Shown here: positions 19,802 through 27,969 of the stretch, one piece after another
How the letters are laid out: each line of letters begins with the position of its first letter
Position numbering within the stretch: position 1 is the first letter of the stretch
Assembly (NCBI GenBank): GCA_965203175.1
Contig: OZ241867.1
Coordinates: 5,440,001 to 5,504,000, forward strand
Reading direction: 5' to 3'
DNA from: Candidatus Latescibacterota bacterium
GTDB lineage: Bacteria; Latescibacterota; UBA2968; UBA8231
DNA: 64,000 nt
Made by a program: the position numbers and the translations under genes
Notes under the pieces: model-generated
What the model saw: the letters and a program-made list of their open reading frames with translations, nothing else
Told to the model about the DNA's origin: nothing
Database searches by the model: none

Positions 19802-21462
19802 TCCTCCGCTAACCGCTGCATTTCCGCCACGTTTTCCTCGAATAAGGTGACGGAGTATTTCTGCCGTAAACTGCGGACATAGTGCACATAGCCCCTCTTG
19901 GCTTTGTCGATTTTCACGTAAGCCCGGGCCCGACGCTGGGTATCGGCATCGTAGGGCTCTTTTTCCCGCCCTCGATCTATTACCCTAAACACAGAATACC
20001 CCTTCCCTGTGGGCACTGGGCCACCTACTTCGCCTACCTCCAAATGCTGCGCTGCTTCATAAATGCTCGGATAAAAGGCTTGAGTATAAACGTTGAGACG
20101 CAGATTGCCGCTGTGATGCAGGGCTCCTTCCCGCATAGTATGCTGCACGGCTAGCTGGGTCGCATCCGCTCCCTCCTGGAGTTCTCGCTTAAGGCGATAA
20201 GCAAGGGAATCGCTAGGCACCAAGATCTCGGTCACCACGATCGTTTCGGGCGAGGTAAATTTCTCGGGATGGGCGTCGAAGAACGCCTGAGCTTCCTCAT
20301 CGCTAGCGGTCGTGTGCTGATCCACCTCGCGCTGCCGCAGAAGACTGATGAGCAATTCCTCCCGTTTCCTGCTGAGAAAGTCCAGTAGTTCCGGATCCTG
20401 ATCTAGGCCAAGAACCTTGGCTTCTTGGAGGAAGAGGCGTTCCGGTATGAATATGTTCTGCAGCAGAGCCACGACACGACTGCTGTCTGCCAGCTCCCGT
20501 GGAGCGATGCGAATCTTCTGGGCATCCTGAAGAAAGTCGGCGAGCGCAATCTGTCCCCCTTTGAAGGTGCAGAGAGCTTTTTTGCCCGTAGAATCGGACA
20601 AGCTAGCCCCATCTACAGCGCTCAGCAGCGGAATCCTGTGATACATGATCCTAGGCGCATATTCCTCTCTCAACGAATCGAGCAGAGCCTGGGTCCTAGT
20701 CGCCATTTTCCAAGATATCAACTCTTCCCTTATTCTCTGTTCAGACGACTCCAGCGGCACCGGGACGGCGTCCAGGACTTTAAAAACGACATACCCCTTT
20801 TGGCCTTCGTAGGAAAAAGGCACTGGTTCTGAGGTTTCCCCTATTTCTAGATGGAAAACTTTTTCCGCAATGGTTGGCCTTGTTTGGTCTCTCAGCTTGT
20901 ATTTGCCACTATCCCCGCCGTGCTCTCCGGTGTCTTGATGTAATGAGCGCTCGCGGGCGAGTTGCTGGAAATCGGCTCCTGCTTCGAGCGCTGCGACGAC
21001 CTGCTGAGCTTCCTCCCTAGTCTCGATCATGATTCCACCTAGGCGGAGGGCACGATCCCGGTGCGTGGCGCGATAATGCCTGTGTAGTTCTTCATCGGTA
21101 ACTAGCACCTTGTCAACGATCTGTCTTTTTCTATATAGTTTGAGCAGGCGGGATTTTACCTGTTCGTCCATCCGCTTCTGGAATACGGGATCGCTATCGA
21201 TATTCTGGGCATGTGCTTCCCTGAGCAGGAGTTTCAGGTCTATCAGGGCTTCCAGCAGGTTCCTATCGATTTCTAAGGGAGTCTCACCCACCTGCATACC
21301 GGCAGAAACGCGGGACTTGAACGCCTTAAATTCCGAGGAAGAGATCGTCTCGTTCCCTACTATGGCGAGGATAGACTCGGCCTCCGGCAACGGGCGAGAA
21401 TCGTCGGCGAAGGCGATGGTTACGCTAGCTGCCATGAGAAAGGTCAACAGGTATTTTTGCAT
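19798..21462 (-). CDS. Periplasmic peptidyl-prolyl isomerase with two PpiC/rotamase domains (SurA/PrsA-like)
   Basis: Signal peptide MQKYLLTFLMAASVTIAFA; GADFQQLARERS..GGD, LEIGETSEPV; second domain GEVGGPV..GYSVF; start reassigned from 21537. Confidence 0.78.
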   Translation of the reverse strand: MQKYLLTFLMAASVTIAFADDSRPLPEAESILAIVGNETISSSEFKAFKSRVSAGMQVGETPLEIDRNLLEALIDLKLLLREAHAQNIDSDPVFQKRMDEQVKSRLLKLYRKRQIVDKVLVTDEELHRHYRATHRDRALRLGGIMIETREEAQQVVAALEAGADFQQLARERSLHQDTGEHGGDSGKYKLRDQTRPTIAEKVFHLEIGETSEPVPFSYEGQKGYVVFKVLDAVPVPLESSEQRIREELISWKMATRTQALLDSLREEYAPRIMYHRIPLLSAVDGASLSDSTGKKALCTFKGGQIALADFLQDAQKIRIAPRELADSSRVVALLQNIFIPERLFLQEAKVLGLDQDPELLDFLSRKREELLISLLRQREVDQHTTASDEEAQAFFDAHPEKFTSPETIVVTEILVPSDSLAYRLKRELQEGADATQLAVQHTMREGALHHSGNLRLNVYTQAFYPSIYEAAQHLEVGEVGGPVPTGKGYSVFRVIDRGREKEPYDADTQRRARAYVKIDKAKRGYVHYVRSLRQKYSVTLFEENVAEMQRLAEE

Positions 21463-21621
21463 AAGCACTGCTTGGATTCTTTCAGTTTTGCAAAAAATAG
21501 TTTGGTTAAGATTTTCAAATCTATTGATTTTTTTCATGCGATCAAATGCCTATAAAATCTTTGGTGATCCGATGGATAATTGGCTAGGTCAGGAATATAA
21601 AACTCAGTTTTGGAGTCATTC

Positions 21622-22632
21622 ATGATGTTAAAAAACACCAAATTCAACGACAGCGAAATGGCACGCATGGCGTCAATATTGATCAAGTACTACCATTTTC
21701 ACAAAAAACAAAAAGACATAGCTCAAGAGATGGGCATTAGTCCCGGCCTAGTGAACACGATCCTGTCACAAGCAAAAAAGAATGGCTTTGTGCAAAACTT
21801 GATTTCCATGCCCAAAGAGAATGTGTTGGCCGCCCATGTCCAAGAATTGTTCTCTCCAGACATTCCAACCCCTAACGCCATCGTGGTACCCTTTTCGAAA
21901 AATATATCCGAGCGAGAACGCCTGCGGGGAATCGGCGTAGCAGCAGCCCGCTACTTCGAAGCCATTGCTCGCGATGGGATCCATATCACCCTCGATGGGG
22001 GAGAGACGATCTTCTGCATGATAGAGGAACTGCGCCGGGCATTTTTGCAGATCGAGGTGTACAGTGTCGCTGGCGGCCCCCAATACGACCCCTATACTTC
22101 CGTGAACCTGCTAGTCAACTGCCTGCTGGTCCAGTTCGGGGCAACGCGGATGAATCCCCATATTCTGCCAGGCCCCAGAGACAAGGATCTACCTATTTAC
22201 AGGAAGAAGGCCCAGAATACCTTGAAAGCAGCCTCGAAAGCTGACGTTTTCTTTCTCGGTGTTGGCGCTTTGGGCCGCTCCCTTTCTAGGACCAATAGGA
22301 AAAACATGGACGATCTAGGCATAGATTACAAGAAACTACAGGATCGGGGTATCGTCGGCATCAGTGCTTACTCGGCTTTCGATGCCGAAGGAGAGCATAT
22401 TGTCTGCGAACTAGACGAAAAGATCCTCAAGGTCGCACCTGAACAAATTAAAAAAGCGGCCAGAAGCCGGAACAGGCATGTCGTCATCTTAGCCTACGGC
22501 CTCCCTAAGGTCAAGGCTCTGCGCGCCATGTTAAAAGGAGGCTGGGGCAACTGTCTGATCACCGACAGCAGCACGGCCGAAAAGCTTCTCGATAAGAACG
22601 AACATATTTCCAAGCACTTCACTCCTATCTAA
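21622..22632 (+). CDS. SorC/DeoR/LsrR-family sugar-binding transcriptional regulator
   Basis: N-terminal HTH YY...QKDIAQEMGIS...AKKNGFV; GGET, GVG, LITD sugar-binding domain. Confidence 0.85.
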   Translation: MMLKNTKFNDSEMARMASILIKYYHFHKKQKDIAQEMGISPGLVNTILSQAKKNGFVQNLISMPKENVLAAHVQELFSPDIPTPNAIVVPFSKNISERERLRGIGVAAARYFEAIARDGIHITLDGGETIFCMIEELRRAFLQIEVYSVAGGPQYDPYTSVNLLVNCLLVQFGATRMNPHILPGPRDKDLPIYRKKAQNTLKAASKADVFFLGVGALGRSLSRTNRKNMDDLGIDYKKLQDRGIVGISAYSAFDAEGEHIVCELDEKILKVAPEQIKKAARSRNRHVVILAYGLPKVKALRAMLKGGWGNCLITDSSTAEKLLDKNEHISKHFTPI

Positions 22633-22855
22633 AACCATAGGACCGGCTGGCGGGTTTGGTCCCCACTGTTAAAAACAAACGCTATTGGCAAATGCTTTAG
22701 GGGAGATCATTATATTCGATATAAATTTATTCAATTTATTTGAAGTTTTTACTTAATTCTCTTTATATTGTCTAAACATCGATGCTAGGTGGGTTTAATG
22801 CGTCTTCTGAGCCTCTTTTTGGCAGTACATAGGCCCTAGACCCAGGTGGTTTGAG

Positions 22856-25120
22856 GTGTTTGAAAAATCACACTTATCCAGACTAGTCCTAGCAGGACTA
22901 GCCGCGCTCGTCTCGATAGCTAGTCGATGCACGGCGGAAGTTGTCGTCGTGGGTGGCAGTCGAGGATTGGGCTGGGAAAGCGGCGGCGGCAGCATTCCGG
23001 CCACCGTCATCCGAACCGCCCGCACTGTCGAGCGCACCAACGCGCCGGGCGGCGTCATCGACTTTGCCCCCCAAGACAGGCCCAACTGGATCTTTCCGCA
23101 ACGCGCCGATATCACAGCCAATATCGCCGTGGGGGCCAACAGCGAAGAGCGAGGCGGCAGCATCCTCTCCCTCAACTCCTCCCGCGGAGCCGAGTTCGCC
23201 AAAATGATCGATGACGACGGAACTACGGCTTTGGATATGCGCCAAGCTTCTCCCTTACTGGGCGTTATCATCGATCTCGACCTAGGATCTCGCTTCGGAA
23301 TCAACCGCTTCAAATTCTTCCCGCGCAACGCCGACCCCGACTATCCGGCTCCCGATTTTCCCTTTCAGAACAATTTTATCCGGGGTTTCGAACTCTTCGT
23401 CAACGACGGCACTCCGCAGGCTCAGCTAGAAGGGGTGCCGATCTTTGAGACCGTGATCCTCCAGACTCAGAACGACAACGCGGTGGTGGACATCAGCATA
23501 GAGCCACAGTACGTCCGCTTTATCCGTCTGAAGTCTCTGACTACGGTCGGTTTTGAAATCGCCGAATTTCAGGTCTTCGGCACCGGATTCGTACCCGAAG
23601 CTCGCTACGTTTCGAATGTATTCGATTTTGGCGACCTCGCGCTGGTGGGCAAGCTGCGCTGGCTGGAGGAGAAGGAGGGAGACACAGAGCGGTCTAAAGT
23701 GGAGATCCGTACGCGTTCGGGGTTGGACCCGCAGCCTATCGAGTTCAACAAAATTCGTCCCGGCGAGCGCCTCTTCCGAGTAGGCGGCGGCACGGGCACC
23801 GATACCGGGATCATTAGCAGCGTGTACCGGGGAGGCATCAACACCTCCGAGGTAGAGGTACCGTGGAAACAGGCTAAAGATGTAGAGGACGAAGAACTCA
23901 AAACGCTGATCGAGACCGTCTTAGACAACGACGCAATCGACGCGCGGGAAGCCTTTCGAGTCTTCAAGGAGCTACCCTTGGAAAAGCAGGCCTTGATCGT
24001 TATAGATCAGGGAGATTACACCAGACTGAGCAATGACGACAAAGGCGGCATTCGCGATGACCTGACCAACTGGAGCGATTGGTCCCCCCCCCAAGCGCGT
24101 GCCGGGGTCGTTGCCAGCGAAGAGGAACTAGAGGACACCGGTCTGGGCGTCCAGGTCTTCTCACTCGTGCCCCGGCGCTATTTCCAGTTCTCCATCGACT
24201 TTTTCAGTGACGATTTCAGTGCCTCTACGGGCGTTGGCGGTCTGGCTTTCGAAGTGTTATCACCCCCCTTTGCTGCGGAACTGATCGCCGAGATCGCGCC
24301 GCGCACGGCCATTTTAGGGCAGAGGACTGACTTTATATACGCCGTGCGGAATCGCTCTAGGCCTGGACAGGACCGGGGTTTTGATCGCTTCGAAATCGAT
24401 ACGCCGGTGCGGGTTGAATCAATTGGACGGATCGAAATAGAGCAAGTAGATGGTACCGTGCAGGAAGCCGACTTCTCAACCGTTTCTTTAGATGCACTGC
24501 CCCTATCCCAGAACGGTTTCAGCGTTCTAGAGGTGCGCGAGGACGGTTTCGTCATTGCCTTTAACCCCATCGTCGAGGACGGCGTGCTGCTTAAAGTGGC
24601 GTTCGCGGGAACCGTCCTGCGCTTTGGTACAACTTTTACCGGCCGGGCCCGACACAGCCAAGCGAATTCGACCATCGGCCAAGGGGTCATTGCGGGCAAC
24701 GCGGCAGATTTGAGTCCGCTGGGTTTTGCCGATATCGATCAGCAACCAGTGGGCACTCCAGTGGCCCGCAACCTCTCCGTAGCCGGCCCCCTCGTCGGAG
24801 ATTTGCTCATAAATGTGAGAGCCAAGCCGGCTGTCTTTACCCCCAACGAGGATGACCTCAACGACCGGACATTTATCCAATACGATATTACTAGCCTACG
24901 GCGACTCTCGCCGGTAGCAGTGCGCATCTTCGACCTAGCCGGCCGTCTGGTCAGAAATCTTTACCAAGATCAGGACCTCAGCGGCCGCTTTACCCGCTCT
25001 TGGGACGGGAGAGACGAGCAAGGCAATCTCGTGCCGCCGGGGCACTACGTGTTTAGCGTTTCTCTGACCGCTGGGACGGGGAAAGTAGAAGAAGCAGGCT
25101 TGGTTGGTGTGGTCTATTAG
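22856..25120 (+). CDS. Secreted protein with discoidin/F5-8C-like domain and C-terminal FlgD-Ig sorting-type domain (paralog 1)
   Basis: Signal peptide; DLDLG..R.IRL..EIAEFQVFG; FTPNEDDLND..IFDLAGRLVR..WDGRDEQG..PPGHY. Confidence 0.72.
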   Translation: MFEKSHLSRLVLAGLAALVSIASRCTAEVVVVGGSRGLGWESGGGSIPATVIRTARTVERTNAPGGVIDFAPQDRPNWIFPQRADITANIAVGANSEERGGSILSLNSSRGAEFAKMIDDDGTTALDMRQASPLLGVIIDLDLGSRFGINRFKFFPRNADPDYPAPDFPFQNNFIRGFELFVNDGTPQAQLEGVPIFETVILQTQNDNAVVDISIEPQYVRFIRLKSLTTVGFEIAEFQVFGTGFVPEARYVSNVFDFGDLALVGKLRWLEEKEGDTERSKVEIRTRSGLDPQPIEFNKIRPGERLFRVGGGTGTDTGIISSVYRGGINTSEVEVPWKQAKDVEDEELKTLIETVLDNDAIDAREAFRVFKELPLEKQALIVIDQGDYTRLSNDDKGGIRDDLTNWSDWSPPQARAGVVASEEELEDTGLGVQVFSLVPRRYFQFSIDFFSDDFSASTGVGGLAFEVLSPPFAAELIAEIAPRTAILGQRTDFIYAVRNRSRPGQDRGFDRFEIDTPVRVESIGRIEIEQVDGTVQEADFSTVSLDALPLSQNGFSVLEVREDGFVIAFNPIVEDGVLLKVAFAGTVLRFGTTFTGRARHSQANSTIGQGVIAGNAADLSPLGFADIDQQPVGTPVARNLSVAGPLVGDLLINVRAKPAVFTPNEDDLNDRTFIQYDITSLRRLSPVAVRIFDLAGRLVRNLYQDQDLSGRFTRSWDGRDEQGNLVPPGHYVFSVSLTAGTGKVEEAGLVGVVY

Positions 25121-25170
25121 GTTTGGTCTAGACGCGACAGAAACTTCAATCCAGGAGAGAAAGACTTAAA

Positions 25171-27969
25171 GTGAACATCGCCAAGAACTGTCTCCTCGTC
25201 GGCCTGGCCTGTTTCCTGCTCTGCGCCGGGATACTGGACGCCCAGAGCTACGATTCTCGCATCGGCATGCAACGCGGGGGTAAGGTAAGTTTTGAACCTC
25301 GGGGGCCCGGCGTGTTATTCGGGGCGCTCGATCCGGCCGTAAAGAAGTGGTATGTCCCCCAAGAACTTTTCCTCGATTATTCCTGGCGCCAGTGGGAATA
25401 TTCCAACTACGCCAGAGATCCGTACCAGCGCTACGTCAACACCTCGCTAGAAGGTGGCTATTTCTACGATTTCTACGGCAATTTCATCGGTCACGGCTGG
25501 CTAATCTACGACTGGCGCCAGAATCAGCCCCAGCAACTGGGCAGCGGCATTTTCCAAGACACTCGCTTCAGCCGTTGGTTCAATTCAGTGACTATCGGCG
25601 GCGATGCGAAAGGACAGTACTTCTACTCAATCACTGTGGGCAATCGCATCCGCACCACGCTCACCCCCATGACATTCTCCAAACCCACTTTTAACGGGGT
25701 ACAGCTCGATTTTGCCTCTGACAAGTACCACGCCACTATTCTGGCTTCGCGCATCAGCGATCCTATTTCCGGAGCGACCCGCGAACCTGTTGTTCGCACC
25801 AATCAGACGACCTTTTTCGGAGGTCGAGCTACCTTCCAAGTGGGAGACTTCGTAGAGCTGGGAGCAACTCTGGTCAACGCCCACAATGCCAACACGGCCC
25901 TCGATCTGTTCGGCGGCGATCTCTTTGCCGGCAATCTGACCAACGGCCAGAGCAGTACCCCGCTAACGGCTATCGCCGTCGTCCTCAGCGACGATTCGCC
26001 CCAAGACGGCGAGGGAGGAACGGCTCTTTTCAACCACGACATGCGCATCGTCAGCCGGGATTTCGAGACCGATGAAGAGAGTGTTTTTACGCTCCAGGAA
26101 GTCACGCGGCCCGGAGCCGAATGGCCCATCGTCTTCGGGGGATTTGTCCGTCCAGACTTTCTGGCCGCCGATGGACAGGAGCGCATCGTCCTCAACTACG
26201 ACTTTAACGACCCAGGCTATATCGGTCCAGATCCCACCACTATCGTCAAGGTAGAGTTTGACTATCTGGTAGGAAACGACTTCAAGATAGAAATGTGGTC
26301 GGACCGACAAAGCGGCCGGCACGACACGCCGATCCCCCCACTGAGTCCCGAGACCATCGACAGCGCTCGCCCCGCTCTAGCGACTGTGCGCCGGGCACCG
26401 GGCAATATTAAAGACACCTCCAACCTGCAGCGGGTTCGTTTCGACTATGGGCTGCCCACGGCCAACCTAGTAGGCGGCTTCTCCATAGAGGGGACCGATG
26501 TCTGGGGATTCGACTTCTACGGAGAGTGGGACCGCAACAAGCGCTTTACCCAGTACCCAAACGCCGCGCTCTTTAGCGCCAACGAGATACACAAGATATC
26601 ATCTCAAGACGCCGACGCCTGGAACTTCAACCTCTCCAAACAAGCCTATCCCTGGTTCTTCTATGCGGAGGGATACTCATTTGACGAAGCCTACTCTACT
26701 ACGGCATTCATTGTGGACTCCAGAGGCGATGTGCAGTACGACAATACCCAGCGCTATCTGTACGAGTTCGTCGACGATAACGACGACCAAGACCGCTTCC
26801 CCGACTGGATCCGCTTCGGCACGCTTAACGACCTGCTGATCTTTCCGGGGTGGGACGAGAACAACGATTTCATCAACGACTTCAACCAGAACGACAACGA
26901 AGCAGTAACCAACACTATTCCCGACTACGAAGAGCCTTTCCTGCGCTACGAAGTAGATCGCCCCGAATTCCTCTTCGGCATCGATCTAAACAACAACGCT
27001 TGGATCGACCGCTTTGAAGACGACGATTTGCCCGACTATCCCTACAAGCCCGACCGCCGCGGCTACAATATCTTTGCTGGTGTGCATATCGCGCCGGATG
27101 TGCGCCTGACTATCGGGCGCACGGATGAGGAGCAGCCATCAGAGGGCCGTCATAACCAGACGGACTACCTGCTGCTGACCTTTGATGGCGATTACCCCGG
27201 CTTGGGGCGAGTGCGCGTCTTTGATATGCTCAAACGAGCAGAAGATGCTATCGCGGACGACCGGCGCGAACCGGCACCCTACATAGAATCGGCGGTCATC
27301 CAGCCCCTAGTGCCCGACCTGCTACCGGCCCAGAACACCTATATCAACACGCTCTGGATCGGGTTCGATTATAAGGGCATTGAGCATCTCAATTTCGTCA
27401 ACAAACTCAAATACGAGACCTTCCATCAGCAAGAGGATCGCCCACGCGATATCGAGGGACGTTCTCTCCGGGACAGATCCAATCTGTTCGGCCTAGTGAA
27501 CAAGATCGACTATTTGTACGGATTGGGCCGCCTCGATCTACAGCCCAAGTTCAAAAGCGAATATTTGCGGCGCACACCCTTCCTCGCCGAAGAGAAAGAG
27601 CTTCGTAGCTGGACGGGCACGGCTCTGCTGCTGGCTCGGCTGCCCATCCTGCGACATACCGTCCTTGAAGGGGGGTTGGAAGTTCTGCGATTCCGGGACC
27701 TGTGGGTGGACGAAAATGAGATGCTAGACCAAGGCATCGCTGGTCAGACTGGAGACCTGAACTCAACTACCATCGCCGTCCAGCTAGCCAACTCCTCGGC
27801 CTACCAAGGGTACCAGCTAACCACCCTGCTGGGCCTGCGCTTTAGTCGCATTGGAGCGGAGCGGGTGATACGCAAAGATCCACGCGCCAATCCGTCTCTA
27901 TTCGAAAAGGATATAAAGACCAGCAACGAAACCGTCACTTTCATAACGGTCTATGCCGGTTTGGAATGA
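25171..27969 (+). CDS. Uncharacterised large secreted protein, probable outer-membrane beta-barrel with Asp/Asn-rich cassette (paralog A)
   Basis: Signal peptide; amphipathic strands; ends FITVYAGLE; strong similarity to the next ORF. Confidence 0.65.
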   Translation: MNIAKNCLLVGLACFLLCAGILDAQSYDSRIGMQRGGKVSFEPRGPGVLFGALDPAVKKWYVPQELFLDYSWRQWEYSNYARDPYQRYVNTSLEGGYFYDFYGNFIGHGWLIYDWRQNQPQQLGSGIFQDTRFSRWFNSVTIGGDAKGQYFYSITVGNRIRTTLTPMTFSKPTFNGVQLDFASDKYHATILASRISDPISGATREPVVRTNQTTFFGGRATFQVGDFVELGATLVNAHNANTALDLFGGDLFAGNLTNGQSSTPLTAIAVVLSDDSPQDGEGGTALFNHDMRIVSRDFETDEESVFTLQEVTRPGAEWPIVFGGFVRPDFLAADGQERIVLNYDFNDPGYIGPDPTTIVKVEFDYLVGNDFKIEMWSDRQSGRHDTPIPPLSPETIDSARPALATVRRAPGNIKDTSNLQRVRFDYGLPTANLVGGFSIEGTDVWGFDFYGEWDRNKRFTQYPNAALFSANEIHKISSQDADAWNFNLSKQAYPWFFYAEGYSFDEAYSTTAFIVDSRGDVQYDNTQRYLYEFVDDNDDQDRFPDWIRFGTLNDLLIFPGWDENNDFINDFNQNDNEAVTNTIPDYEEPFLRYEVDRPEFLFGIDLNNNAWIDRFEDDDLPDYPYKPDRRGYNIFAGVHIAPDVRLTIGRTDEEQPSEGRHNQTDYLLLTFDGDYPGLGRVRVFDMLKRAEDAIADDRREPAPYIESAVIQPLVPDLLPAQNTYINTLWIGFDYKGIEHLNFVNKLKYETFHQQEDRPRDIEGRSLRDRSNLFGLVNKIDYLYGLGRLDLQPKFKSEYLRRTPFLAEEKELRSWTGTALLLARLPILRHTVLEGGLEVLRFRDLWVDENEMLDQGIAGQTGDLNSTTIAVQLANSSAYQGYQLTTLLGLRFSRIGAERVIRKDPRANPSLFEKDIKTSNETVTFITVYAGLE

